This document shows, piece after piece, positions 8,743-18,438 of a DNA stretch of 64,000 bases. The notes beneath the pieces are model-generated. The model was not told where the DNA came from. It saw only the letters and a program-made list of their open reading frames with translations, and ran no database searches. The position numbers were made by a program, and so were the translations under genes. This DNA comes from a virus (Duplodnaviria; Heunggongvirae; Uroviricota; Caudoviricetes). Position 1 is the stretch's first letter. Each line of letters starts with the position of its first letter. Location: the IMG/VR virus record IMGVR_UViG_3300028361_000020, positions 1-64,000 of that record; one strand, written 5' to 3'.

Positions 8743-8871
8743 AGTGTGCCTACCTAGTTTGTTGTTTATAGTCGCTTCGGGGATAATGGATACGCATTAA
8801 TCCCATTCCTACCCGAAGCTGGCAAAGGTTTAAAGCAGACAGGTGCACCAGCTGCTTAGCCTTGCGTATTT

Positions 8872-8946
8872 TGGAGTCGCGTTGAGGAATCGAACCACCA
8901 ACTTCTACCTTTGCAGGGCAGCGCATTACCATTTTGCTAACGCGAC
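8872..8946 (-). tRNA. tRNA-Cys (GCA)
   Basis: Acceptor GTCGCGT/ACGCGAC perfect; loop CTGCAAA; T-loop TTCGATT; CCA encoded. Confidence 0.8.
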
Positions 8947-8953
8947 ATATTCT

Positions 8954-9268
8954 TCATGAGTGACGTACACTGCCACCAGCTTTGACCGAACCGCCGACGT
9001 TGTCACATCTAACACTTCCACCAGCTTTAACATTGCCGCCGACATCATCACTTCTAACACTACCGCTGGCTTTAATGTCGCCGTTGACTGTTGTGCAATT
9101 AACAGATGCACTGGATGTTAAATTATTAATAACACCTTCTAGTACTCGTATCTCTACAATTCCAGTTGCGTGAATTTCTTCACCGTTGATTGTAATTACA
9201 TCTCTCGTTACCGACACGTCTCCAGTTTTTGAAGTGTATGTAACGCCGTTAATACTAACCGTATTCAT
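8954..9268 (-). CDS. small repeat protein with tandem VGG(N/S)VKAGGSVR units, 104 aa
   Basis: Three or four tandem peptide repeats near the C-terminus; its own TTGACA promoter upstream. Confidence 0.45.
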   Translation of the reverse strand: MNTVSINGVTYTSKTGDVSVTRDVITINGEEIHATGIVEIRVLEGVINNLTSSASVNCTTVNGDIKASGSVRSDDVGGNVKAGGSVRCDNVGGSVKAGGSVRHS

Positions 9269-9295
9269 TGTAAGCCTCTTTGTTGTTGTTAACTT

Positions 9296-9324
9296 ATACT
9301 AGCATTTCTGCACAGTGTTGTCAA
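9296..9324 (-). promoter_or_regulatory. sigma70-like promoter TTGACA-17-TAGTAT for the repeat-protein gene
   Basis: Minus strand reads aagaggTTGACAacactgtgcagaaatgcTAGTAT. Confidence 0.45.
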
Positions 9325-9474
9325 CCTCTTGTAAGTAGCAAGCTACGGTAACGATCCGTATATAAATGATTGCATTTTCAATGGACTTATAGCTAATATC
9401 CCCACTTACTAATATCACTTGATCAGCCCCTTCCGCGGCCTGCTTCACCTTTAGCTTAACTTGCTGTAATTAGG

Positions 9475-9568
9475 AGCACAGGGCAAGATTCGAACTTGCA
9501 TTTGGCAGTAAAGGATCACCCGCTGCCTCTTATGGATTCAAGGCTTCCAATTGCCTATATCTCCGTGC
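9475..9568 (-). tRNA. tRNA-like, 94 nt class II (long variable hairpin GGCAG...CTGCC); anticodon arm unresolved; no CCA
   Basis: T-arm GCAAG-TTCGAAT-CTTGC; acceptor GCACGGA/CCTGTGC (6 of 7 pairs); D-arm AGGC-AATTGGAA-GCCT. Confidence 0.35.
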
Positions 9569-9574
9569 ATAATC

Positions 9575-9651
9575 TGGTGCCGCAGGAAGGATTTGAACCC
9601 TCGACCTTTTCCTTACAAGGGAACTGCTCTACCGGACTGAGCTACAACGGC
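9575..9651 (-). tRNA. tRNA-Thr (TGT)
   Basis: D GCTC-AGTCCGGTA-GAGC; loop CTTGTAA; T GAGGG-TTCAAAT-CCTTC; CCA encoded. Confidence 0.8.
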
Positions 9652-10059
9652 GTTATTATTAAAGCTAGGCGGTAAGTGTATCCTTGCGGTCCCCATGGAT
9701 TCCGAGGTGACAAACATCGCTCATGCAATGCGTCGCTTTCTTACTCTTTGCTATCCCGTATGCCTATGTTAATTTTGGCAGTCTAACATGCTGTCTCTTC
9801 GTCCACCTGCCCTATGTCATAACATTTGACGCCACGGTGGATACCAAAAATAATACACACTTGCTGGACACCATATACTATCGTTCCAGGTTTACCTTAC
9901 GGCTTAGGTGGTCCAATCTTTGCAGTCTCAGACAAGTGATGTTCAAACAGTGATTGATCACGGAGTCCTTGCATTATATACATTGCCTCACACGGATCAC
10001 TGTAACGCCGTAGTGAATAATTTATTGCTTGATAATAAATCACATACGGTCGGGTTATT

Positions 10060-10135
10060 TGGAGCGGGCGATCGGGATCGAACCGACGACATTTAGTTTG
10101 GAAAACTAACGCTACTACCACTGAGCTACGCCCGC
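10060..10135 (-). tRNA. tRNA-Gly (TCC)
   Basis: Acceptor GCGGGCG/CGCCCGC; anticodon arm TTAGT-TTTCCAA-ACTAA perfect; T-loop TTCGATC; CCA encoded. Confidence 0.85.
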
Positions 10136-10565
10136 ATATAAAATTACAATCCAACATTTACACTACACTGCGCCGAACGCAGCTCGGTCATCCAATTTCC
10201 GATCTTCTTGGGTGTGAGCCAAGCGTGCTTTCTGCGCGACAACGCAATGAACTATGTTGTGTCACTTGATTACAAGTTGTCGCCTGTAATCAAGCTAGGA
10301 TATTCTGTTTGAATAGGACCCAATGCTTAAAACATTATATGTTAAAAGCAAACTTTATCACGTCTATGCCTAGCAATTGACGCCTATTCTTTCCCACCAC
10401 TTGGGTGTTTAGTGCGTAGACTAAACACCTAACTCTAATATTTTGATAGCCGCTGCCTATCGTGTACTACTTGATCTTTACAATCTGGCTGTACTGCGCT
10501 ACGCGGAATGCTTCTGATGTTTAAACAGTGAGGCATCTCAAGCGCACTGTGTCTGGTAGGGGATC

Positions 10566-10640
10566 TGGTAGTCCGAGAGAATTTTGAAATCTCAACCTTT
10601 GGTATGTAACACCAACGCTCTTCCTTTGAGCTACCGAACT
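10566..10640 (-). tRNA. tRNA-Val (TAC)
   Basis: Acceptor AGTTCGG/TCGGACT pairs with wobbles; D GCTC-AAAGGAA-GAGC; anticodon arm TTGGT-GTTACAT-ACCAA; CCA encoded. Confidence 0.75.
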
Positions 10641-10956
10641 ATTTTTAGATAGTTAAAAACTTTGTTACTGTTGACTCAATTGTATATTGTTTTTCTTAAA
10701 CAGTTATTTGCTATAGCAGCATCGTTAGGATTATTAAATACCCCAACTAAGCTAACCCCTAATCTCTCAGGAAGGGCATAACCTTCCTTTCCTCACCAAG
10801 GCAATGTATGCATCCTTTAGTGAGAGTATCTTATGTTAGGCATAAAGTGGTGTCTGCCAGAGCAACCCGAGAAGGGGTGTCTATCCGGCAGTCCAATGCA
10901 GTATCTTAAGTTGTTGTGGCATCAACTATGTTTACATGGCACAAATCTAACGTTGT

Positions 10957-11032
10957 TGGTGGAGAATGTCGGTCCCGACCCGACCACCTCTACATTGCAA
11001 ATGTAGCGCTCTCCCAGATGAGCTAATCCCCC
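10957..11032 (-). tRNA. tRNA-Ala (TGC) with an unusual T-loop (GTCGGGA)
   Basis: Anticodon arm CTACA-TTTGCAA-TGTAG perfect; D GCTC-ATCTGGGA-GAGC; CCA encoded. Confidence 0.7.
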
Positions 11033-11119
11033 GTATTAGTGGATGTATATTACTATACTTCTAAAGGACCTACCTGTTGCACCAGTTTGGTGTGTGGGCC
11101 CATAATAACTTTTAATTTA

Positions 11120-11209
11120 TGGCAGACAGACAGGGATTCGAACCCTGGGTACCGTTTCCGGTACGACGATTTAGCAAACCGTTCCTTTCGGCCTCTCAGG
11201 CACCTGTCC
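11120..11209 (-). tRNA. tRNA-Ser (GCT), class II
   Basis: 90 nt; anticodon arm ACGGT-TTGCTAA-ATCGT; variable hairpin GTACCGGAAACGGTAC; T CAGGG-TTCGAAT-CCCTG; CCA encoded. Confidence 0.8.
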
Positions 11210-11548
11210 TTATTTATAGCAGGTGTCACCGTTGCTACGCAATGAGACTGCCGTGTTTGCACACCTGCTTGCGTTTGCTACCCTTGGGGAACAAACAATA
11301 GTTTAACTTAGCGGATTCGTATTTACAGCCTTAGTGGACTTTGCAATGAATCTCTTATCTAAGTGGTGGGCTCAACCATAGCAGGCGATTTAACTAGATA
11401 ACGACTAATCTAGTACCGTTATTGAATTTGCAATCCAACGTCTCGATTGAGACTTTTATGTATAGCCACTATTACCAACTATTCGGTAAATTGTCGCGGT
11501 CAAATACAACCATATAGGAAAGTCATACATTGCAAAGCTCTTGTTATT

Positions 11549-11623
11549 TGGCTCTCCCCTCTGGAATCGAACCAGACTACAACTGATTAACAGTCAGCTC
11601 GCACACCTTGCGCGCCGGGGAGA
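11549..11623 (-). tRNA. tRNA-Asn (GTT)
   Basis: Acceptor TCTCCCC/GGGGAGA perfect; loop CTGTTAA; T TCTGG-TTCGATT-CCAGA; CCA encoded. Confidence 0.8.
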
Positions 11624-12126
11624 ATATTTCTTTTGTATTGCCTTAGACTCACGTCCTCTCCATCCTTCACGGATAGTGTTTTAAGCTTCGCTGGTGATTA
11701 ACTTGTATGTGTTTCGAACTACATACAACTCATCAACAACCATGCAACTCAATGCCACCGCCGCTAAACAATCGCGCACCAAGTTTCTCTAAACTAGCCA
11801 GCAAACTCTACTTTCATCTGCATATTGTTTAATTATCGTCGACTGGTGTACAATGTGGTTAATCATTGCACTGCTGGTCTATTGTCGTTTGGTGCTCTCC
11901 TGCGTGTTTCACAGAAAAACCACTTTCTGATACTAATCTCGGGTGCTGCCCAATATGCATGTGAAAGTAGAGTTATGAACGCACATTGGTGTGTGCGTTC
12001 CTCTACTTTCTCTCACTATTATCGACTTGAGTCTAAGCGAGTAGTTGTTTTGTGTATCTTTCGATACTAACAACTGCATCTAGTTAGTTTTAAAGAGCGT
12101 GCAAACATTGCTGTTTGCCTTATTAA

Positions 12127-12155
12127 TAATGTAACACTTTTTATAGTGTGTGTCA
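12127..12155 (-). promoter_or_regulatory. sigma70-like promoter TTGACA-17-TACATT heading the 2.3-12 kb tRNA cluster
   Basis: Minus strand reads gtgcTTGACAcacactataaaaagtgtTACATT. Confidence 0.5.
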
Positions 12156-12470
12156 AGCACTTGTTTAGTATTCTAACAAACAAGTTTTGCTTTTAATTTG
12201 CGTCTACGTTGTTTGTTGTCCTACTGTTTAACTGTTGTACGCTATGTTGTGAGCCTTGTCAATGCCTATTTTAGGAGAACATAAAAAAACCTTCCTAAGC
12301 AGTTACGCGTGGAAGGTGTTTCAGAACTTTTAGTTTTTAAAGTAACTATCTAGTTTTTAACACCCTTTACACATAGATTCAAGACAGGATTAGATTGCCC
12401 TGGTGTCCATGAATTGATCGCTGTGGCAAGTATGAGTGTCATTGAAAGTAGTTTCCTTTGTTGTATTTAT

Positions 12471-12689
12471 TTATCTCTTTGAGACAAAAACTGGATCTAA
12501 AGTGGCTGTAGGATCTACGTCGACTGTTGCCCAAACTCCAGGAACAGTAAACACTTGATAACTACCGTTTATTCGTTGGGCAACTTGCTTTCCGTGTTCA
12601 ATGCCATCGCCTTTGTAAGTGCCGAGCCAGGATTGAAAGTATCTTGCGTTACTGTCCCAGACAACTATTACATCTTCTCTGTTGTTCAT
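12471..12689 (-). CDS. hypothetical protein, 72 aa
   Basis: ORF; stop/start overlap with the next gene. Confidence 0.35.
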   Translation of the reverse strand: MNNREDVIVVWDSNARYFQSWLGTYKGDGIEHGKQVAQRINGSYQVFTVPGVWATVDVDPTATLDPVFVSKR

Positions 12690-13054
12690 TTGTCTTCTCC
12701 TTTGAACGGCGCCAGGACCTGTTTGCAGTAATGTGCATCAGCTTTGGCCTGGGCACCCTCTACGGTCTCTGCGGAAACATCGAACCCACCATAAGAAAAT
12801 GATACAACTATTCCATCTTCGGCCGAGGAAGAAATACAATAATTAAATCCAAATTGCGCCTGTGCCTTACAATGAATTACGCCTGCACCGTTTGGAAAGA
12901 CCTGCGCGCAAGTGGTATCCCACACTAGAGGCACAATCATCTTAGGCAAGACAGAGGCTATTGTATCGGCTGCATCTTCGATACCTATCACTGTGCCTTC
13001 GCTGTTATAAATGTTGCTCCACAGTATCTCTGAAATGCGATCTCTAATGTTCAT
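12686..13054 (-). CDS. hypothetical protein, 122 aa
   Basis: ORF. Confidence 0.4.
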   Translation of the reverse strand: MNIRDRISEILWSNIYNSEGTVIGIEDAADTIASVLPKMIVPLVWDTTCAQVFPNGAGVIHCKAQAQFGFNYCISSSAEDGIVVSFSYGGFDVSAETVEGAQAKADAHYCKQVLAPFKGEDK

Positions 13055-13490
13055 GTTGTTTCCTGTGTTAAGTACGAGTGTGTGCCTGCAGCAAGCTTGT
13101 CTAGATCATTGTAGCATGGAAACGCACACCACACCTCCATCGGATGTATCTTTAATACCTGAGCTGCAAACTGTATTGTCTCTGTGGTGCCTAGTGCAAA
13201 GTTACTGTCTCTTCACACTCTAATATAAAGGGCACAAATTGTTTCCTTGTCATGTTTTATTTCAATTCGTACACGCTGCCGCAAAAGGTTAGTACATCTT
13301 CTTTCATCAGTGTTGCTTTAGCTTGTAACGCTTCTTCCTTTGAATAAAAACTTCCAATTTTTTTCCATATTCCGTACCACGTTTTTTTGAACTTTCCAGT
13401 TGTATATTGACATGCTGCTGTTTTTATACCACATTCTCCACCGCTTTGAAACTATGGCTGCTTTTGCTTGCTCGTCATTTAGTATATCCA

Positions 13491-13877
13491 TTAGTACAAC
13501 ATCTCGTATCCAGTTCCTGTAAGCGCGTGCTTTAGTTGAGACCAAACACCAGGTTCCCATTCTCCTGGAATAGTAGATCTGCCTTGCTTTTCACACTCGT
13601 CAATTACGTCCTTTGCTTCTTTGAGTCCATATCCTGTTGAGGCGCGCACTGCTTTAATAGCTTGGATTTTTTGTCGGCTCAAGACACCGGGTACAGCGTG
13701 AATAGTCATTGATCCTGTTACGTTGCCTTTGATCATTGCAAACAACATCTGGCGCTTTATAGCCGGATCCAATGCATCCAGCATTGCATCTGCTTTTTCT
13801 TCTAGCAATCCTATCTCTTGATCCACTGCTCGCATAAATGATATAGTTGCGTAAATAAATTCTCCTGAATACTTCAT
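13491..13877 (-). CDS. protein with a ribosomal L7/L12 (bL12) C-terminal-domain-like module
   Basis: KIQAIKAVRASTGYGLKEAKDVIDE resembles the bL12 CTD signature K(V)IKAVR..TGLGLKEAKDLVE; the N-terminal 60 aa are unrelated. Confidence 0.55.
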   Translation of the reverse strand: MKYSGEFIYATISFMRAVDQEIGLLEEKADAMLDALDPAIKRQMLFAMIKGNVTGSMTIHAVPGVLSRQKIQAIKAVRASTGYGLKEAKDVIDECEKQGRSTIPGEWEPGVWSQLKHALTGTGYEMLY

Positions 13878-14083
13878 TCGTCAATCTCCGCAGCTTCAAG
13901 TAAAAAGTCAATTGAATTGTTGATGAGAAACTCATCAACAATTCCTGGAAATGACCTCCACACTTCTGACGCAACCCAATCCCAGTCTGCACCTTGTCGA
14001 GACCTTAGCACAAGCTCTTTGTTTTTGCCAATGCATTCGACCATCCACATTGCAAGTTCGTTAATGCGATTAAAGTCTTTCAT
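13874..14083 (-). CDS. hypothetical protein, 69 aa
   Basis: ORF. Confidence 0.35.
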   Translation of the reverse strand: MKDFNRINELAMWMVECIGKNKELVLRSRQGADWDWVASEVWRSFPGIVDEFLINNSIDFLLEAAEIDE

Positions 14084-14442
14084 TTATCATGTTCCACATA
14101 TGTTGCGATTCCTAATCGAGAATCTGGTTGCCGGAGGGTAGGACGAACTACAAGTTCATCTCTTTCGTTGTATTTTATCAGCCACGACGGATATCTGTCG
14201 TCGTGCAGCTTGAGCATAGTAAGGCGACGCAGCATAGCGTGAGGATAATTGTACAACGAGTACTGATCAGCAAGGTAAGCTTTGCCTCTGACAGCAGAGT
14301 GAGTTATTCTCTTTTCAAAGTAAGTGCGTGTCAGCGGAGTAAAGATAATAGCTTTGTACCAAGACTTGCTGCGCTTGCTCATCTTTGTGATCTCTGATTC
14401 TCTAATTATTATTCTACGCTTGGGCATTGCGTGTCCTTCCAC
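14080..14442 (-). CDS. hypothetical protein, 120 aa
   Basis: ORF. Confidence 0.4.
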   Translation of the reverse strand: MEGHAMPKRRIIIRESEITKMSKRSKSWYKAIIFTPLTRTYFEKRITHSAVRGKAYLADQYSLYNYPHAMLRRLTMLKLHDDRYPSWLIKYNERDELVVRPTLRQPDSRLGIATYVEHDK

Positions 14443-14741
14443 TTCTTTAGCTTGTGCTGCATCATTACTTGTAAATCTAAGTCAGTAACTTCGGGCGCAT
14501 ATGTGTGGATGATGTCTAGTGCGCAGGCAATAACATCTATTGCTTCGTCTACAGGACCGTTCTTGTGTGCAATTTTGTAGCTCTTGCCGTTCTGTATTTG
14601 GATCTCTAGGGCAAGCTCGCCTACTTCTGTTACAAGGTGTGTCAGTATGTCTTGCAGTGTACGTCCGTTGTTGATCTCGTCGCATGCTGCAAATACAGTT
14701 TCTGCTAATGTTGGGTAAGTTTTGTGTGGTAAAGTTGTCAC
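14409..14741 (-). CDS. MazG-like nucleotide pyrophosphohydrolase
   Basis: LTHLVTEVGELALE ... DEAIDVIACALDI matches the all-alpha NTP-PPase (MazG/HisE) EEXXE/D pattern. Confidence 0.55.
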   Translation of the reverse strand: MTTLPHKTYPTLAETVFAACDEINNGRTLQDILTHLVTEVGELALEIQIQNGKSYKIAHKNGPVDEAIDVIACALDIIHTYAPEVTDLDLQVMMQHKLKKWKDTQCPSVE

Positions 14742-14799
14742 GAATTCTCTCCTCTTGTAAGTTACAGTAGCACATACTTGTACACGTAGTCAAGTGAAA

Positions 14800-14826
14800 A
14801 GGGCCCCAGGGGCCCTTTTCTTTATC
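14800..14826 (-). terminator. intrinsic terminator (GGGCCCC-A-GGGGCCC hairpin plus T-run) after the SPFH gene
   Basis: aaaagggccccaggggcccttttc; GC-rich perfect hairpin flanked by A/T runs (bidirectional). Confidence 0.6.
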
Positions 14827-14835
14827 CGTTAACGC

Positions 14836-16230
14836 TTAGTTGCGAATAGTTGGATCAACTTGCAGATCTTGTGCAGTCTTAATCATAATCATTTGCATGA
14901 ACTGATCAACTGTTCCGAGTGCATTCCCGGTCGTACCACCTTCGCCGCCTGCGCTGCCGCTGTTAAACACTGTGCTCGGAACATTGATCGTTGCTGCTGC
15001 CGCGGCCCATACTGTCTGCGCTTGTACCCAAGCATCAAGTTTTTGAGCAAGTGCTCCGTCAGCAAGTAGAATTGCTTCTTTTGCATATGCTTCAGCGTCG
15101 GCTGCAACTGTTACACTTTCGGCTTCGATTCGTGCTCTTTCTAAGTCGATAACGGCCGTTTCACGTGCAAATTCAGCTTGCTCTAACCGTTGTCCAGCAG
15201 CAATGAGTACCAGCTGCTTTTGAGTTTCGGCACCAGTTGTTTGTTCAATTTGTTCAACTTGTGCCGTGGCCTGGCGACGTGCAATGTCGGTTGCACCAGT
15301 TTGGATGGCCAGCAAACGCTGTTCTTCCTGTTCCAAGCGCTGTTCACGTGCTACAACTCTACGTGACGATGCAGCTTTTCGTGCAATGATCTGATTCTCG
15401 TACTCATCATCCGGGTCAATGCCTTCGAGGATCGCCTGGCTTACTGTAATACCATACTGTGAAGAAACTGTTTCCCTACGAATCGGCTCGCCGTTTTGAT
15501 CTAGGATTTTCTCCATCACTAATTGTCTTACGTCAGTGTCACCAACCTGGTCTAAGTTTTCAGTTGCTTCGTCATCATTGGGTCTTGCTCTACTTGGAAC
15601 AATTCCGCCTGATTGATTAAGACTGATTTGGCGCACCATTGCCCGGCCTTTTGTGATTGTGTCATAAAATTCAGTCTTGAATTGATCACGCTGTCCGCCG
15701 CTGTAGTATTCTTCCATGGTAAACATGTTTGCAACGCTGTCGATACTTGCATTCACATCTGGAATCAGTGTGGAATTAACCAGCTGACTCAATGTTCGGA
15801 AGGTTTTTGACATCTCTACAAACTCTACCGGATCGTTTGGAATTTGAAAGATTGTGCTTTGCGTCACGTCGCCAGTCCAGTTGTCTGCCAATCGCACACG
15901 GTAAGGAGCATTGACTGCGTTTCCAACAGCATCCGGATTGGCAGTGTTTACAACTGTGATAAACTTGGGCCAAGTTGTACTGATGCCCCATCCTGCAAAA
16001 TACCAACCGGTATCCATCACTGCTGATTCTGTACTAAAGATAGTACGCACATGCGTTTGGAATCCTGCATCGTTATAGCCGAATGCGCTGCTGGATAGTA
16101 CCAATGTGCAGGCGCCGAATGCGCCGCCTGCAATGACTTTTTTGATTCGTAAAAGTTCTTTTGGAAAGGGAATGAACAATGCTGCAAGTGCAACAAAGAG
16201 CAAAATTCCCGATAAAATTAGACCACCCAT
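14836..16230 (-). CDS. SPFH/band-7 (stomatin/prohibitin/HflKC-like) membrane protein, 464 aa
   Basis: N-terminal TM helix; coiled-coil-rich EQ/AEA segment (ETAVIDLERARIEAES..AEAYAKEAILLADGALAQ) typical of band-7 proteins. Confidence 0.65.
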   Translation of the reverse strand: MGGLILSGILLFVALAALFIPFPKELLRIKKVIAGGAFGACTLVLSSSAFGYNDAGFQTHVRTIFSTESAVMDTGWYFAGWGISTTWPKFITVVNTANPDAVGNAVNAPYRVRLADNWTGDVTQSTIFQIPNDPVEFVEMSKTFRTLSQLVNSTLIPDVNASIDSVANMFTMEEYYSGGQRDQFKTEFYDTITKGRAMVRQISLNQSGGIVPSRARPNDDEATENLDQVGDTDVRQLVMEKILDQNGEPIRRETVSSQYGITVSQAILEGIDPDDEYENQIIARKAASSRRVVAREQRLEQEEQRLLAIQTGATDIARRQATAQVEQIEQTTGAETQKQLVLIAAGQRLEQAEFARETAVIDLERARIEAESVTVAADAEAYAKEAILLADGALAQKLDAWVQAQTVWAAAAATINVPSTVFNSGSAGGEGGTTGNALGTVDQFMQMIMIKTAQDLQVDPTIRN

Positions 16231-16256
16231 GGTGTGTCTCCTATTGAGGTTAAGTG

Positions 16257-16544
16257 TTAAAGTTTGATTTTTTGTATAACGCCATCAAGCGTTACACGAG
16301 CTTCTTCGTAGTTTTCGATCCAGTACCAGACTGAATTTTCTACGTATTTTGCAAGCAGATAGATGCTGCCAAACAGTGCCACGTTGGGCAAAATGTATTC
16401 CAGAAAGATTTGCATCAGTGTCTCCTCGTTAGGTACATTATAATGTACAGTAGCATTGTCTGTGTATGCTGTCAATGATAAAGGCGGAACTAAATCCGCC
16501 TTTATCTTTATTATCACTGGGTTGTACGAATAGTTACAGAACAA
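16257..16544 (-). CDS. small membrane protein, 95 aa
   Basis: ORF with a hydrophobic segment. Confidence 0.35.
   Translation of the reverse strand: MFCNYSYNPVIIKIKADLVPPLSLTAYTDNATVHYNVPNEETLMQIFLEYILPNVALFGSIYLLAKYVENSVWYWIENYEEARVTLDGVIQKIKL
16468..16495 (-). terminator. intrinsic terminator hairpin GGCGGA-ACTAAA-TCCGCC with flanking T/A runs
   Basis: aaaggcggaactaaatccgcctttat. Confidence 0.5.
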
Positions 16545-16720
16545 TCATCTTCGTTGTTGAATTTCATTGTTTCCTTGACTTTTTCGTCTAAAATGCGTTT
16601 GTGGTTAGCTTTCCAAACGCTTGCAACCCACGCAGTGTATTCCTGTCTGTTAGTATCTTTCAAATTCAACATCAAGGTATTCCTCCTCTTTAAGTGCAGC
16701 ACGTTCGCGCACTTGGTCAA
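16514..16720 (-). CDS. hypothetical protein, 68 aa
   Basis: ORF; overlaps the nadV 3' end. Confidence 0.3.
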   Translation of the reverse strand: MTKCANVLHLKRRNTLMLNLKDTNRQEYTAWVASVWKANHKRILDEKVKETMKFNNEDDCSVTIRTTQ

Positions 16721-18077
16721 AAGTATCTTCGATCAACAGCTTTCCGTTGCGGAAAATAGGGCGTAACAAGTTGCCTTTCTTGTCTGCAACAGATTTAGGA
16801 ACAGTACGGAAACTGCCGCCGCAGACGCCGGTTTGGTATATAAGTCCGAGGCGACCTTTCTTTGAAGTCTTACCTCCGTGGATTGGGTCTTTGAAGACGT
16901 CAGTCCACTCGCCATCTGATGCCATAATTGCGCTTGCTTTCATGGCGTACTTTAAGCTATCGCGGTTGACTAATTGCAGCAATCCCCCGCCCATTCCAAA
17001 TGCAATATTATCAATGCTCAGTCCTGCCCGGATCAAGTTATTGATCAATTGTGGCAAGCTGTGTTCACTGATACCGTCGCCTTGAATTACACGAATGTAG
17101 GACGGCAGTATTCTAAAGCCTTTTGAATTAACAGTAAATCCAAACTCTTCCATTAGAAGTTCTACAACATCAATTGGAACAGTCAACGGATCCCCACTGT
17201 CTGGCCGAACAACCAATGTGCCACCTTTATCGATGATCTTTTCTTTTAGTTCGCCCCACATCTTAATAGCTTCGTAGATGTTGTAGCTGTCGCTCACACA
17301 TGCATAAATTTTGCCTTCGCCACCGAATAGCTCGATCATGTTTTCGTAGGCAGCTTTTTCGTTTTCTCTGCCCCAGCTTGTGATAGTAGAGTGTTCACTT
17401 GCTGGAATTGAAAATCCTGGCATGTCTGCGCCATAGTAACGTCTTGCTCCTACAATTCCTTCAATGGTGTCGCTGCCCATAAAGTTAACAAGGTGACCCA
17501 TTCCACCAAGCTTTGCAGCTTCGTGTGATGTTGCGCCTCGTGCTCCAAAGTCGTGCAGCTTGAACATAATCTGATCCATTACTGGAACATCGCTGGTTGT
17601 TGCCAGCGCACGAGCAATGATAGCTTTCATTTTACGTGATTTTGTTGCAACAGTCGAAGGGTACCAAACACCTCTTAGTGTAAGTGGCTCCAAAAAGCCT
17701 GGCAACCACCAAAAACGCGGATCAGTGTTGATGATCTGCATTTGTACGTTTGAAATAGGCATGTATGTGCCTTCGGCAACTGCTTCGATTTCGATTGGGA
17801 GACGACCGCTGAATTCCTCAACAATAATGTCCCATAGTTCTCTATAGAAAGGTTCACCGTGCTGAGTGATGATCATTTCTGCTTCATCAATCATTTCAAT
17901 GGTAACAACCTCTCCTATTAGATATTCTTTGATCAACGCCTGCGCGCCGAAGAACACTGAGTTCTCCTCGCCTCCTCGACTTTCAATATATGAACTCACA
18001 TACTGTGTGCCTTTTGGAAACTGGTGTGGTTGACTGTACTTGTACGAGTCTGATAGTAGTATAATATTATGTTTCAT
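16650..18077 (-). CDS. nadV: nicotinamide phosphoribosyltransferase (NAMPT/NadV)
   Basis: N-terminus MKHNIILLSDSYKYSQ; 475 aa; family-typical length and motifs throughout. Confidence 0.9.
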   Translation of the reverse strand: MKHNIILLSDSYKYSQPHQFPKGTQYVSSYIESRGGEENSVFFGAQALIKEYLIGEVVTIEMIDEAEMIITQHGEPFYRELWDIIVEEFSGRLPIEIEAVAEGTYMPISNVQMQIINTDPRFWWLPGFLEPLTLRGVWYPSTVATKSRKMKAIIARALATTSDVPVMDQIMFKLHDFGARGATSHEAAKLGGMGHLVNFMGSDTIEGIVGARRYYGADMPGFSIPASEHSTITSWGRENEKAAYENMIELFGGEGKIYACVSDSYNIYEAIKMWGELKEKIIDKGGTLVVRPDSGDPLTVPIDVVELLMEEFGFTVNSKGFRILPSYIRVIQGDGISEHSLPQLINNLIRAGLSIDNIAFGMGGGLLQLVNRDSLKYAMKASAIMASDGEWTDVFKDPIHGGKTSKKGRLGLIYQTGVCGGSFRTVPKSVADKKGNLLRPIFRNGKLLIEDTFDQVRERAALKEEEYLDVEFERY

Positions 18078-18097
18078 TTTAGAAATCCTCTAAGTTG

Positions 18098-18427
18098 TTA
18101 TGCCGATCCTCTTTGAATCGGACTTTCGGGTAAGGTTGATTCAGGAGCAGCGGATTGCCACTCCTTTGTCCATCTTACAAGATCTGTATAACCTGCGGGC
18201 CAATCATCTCGCCCAAGGTCGGTTAATTTTCCACAGCACATGCACTCGAATGAAACTGCACTTTCTTTGCTGCCCCAACTTTCACCAGACACACCAGGAA
18301 AAAATCGTAAATCACTGCGGGTAACTTGTAGAATAGCTTCGCAACCTTTGCCGCCATTTCCCCAGCCAGAACATGTTACTTCAGTAGCCCAGCTGTGTCC
18401 AAACTTTCCTGGTTTAATTACTTTCAT
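18098..18427 (-). CDS. hypothetical Trp/Gly-rich protein, 109 aa
   Basis: ORF. Confidence 0.4.
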   Translation of the reverse strand: MKVIKPGKFGHSWATEVTCSGWGNGGKGCEAILQVTRSDLRFFPGVSGESWGSKESAVSFECMCCGKLTDLGRDDWPAGYTDLVRWTKEWQSAAPESTLPESPIQRGSA

Positions 18428-18438
18428 TGTTGTGTTCC

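Noticed and set aside
8750-8932. 60-aa minus-strand ORF
   Set aside because: Overlaps tRNA-Cys almost entirely.
11039-11301. Three overlapping 60-69-aa ORFs
   Set aside because: They cover tRNA-Ser(GCT) and flanking sequence; no coding signal.
14482-14793. 103-aa Arg/Cys-rich ORF
   Set aside because: Alternative frame inside the MazG-like gene; low-complexity; no start context.
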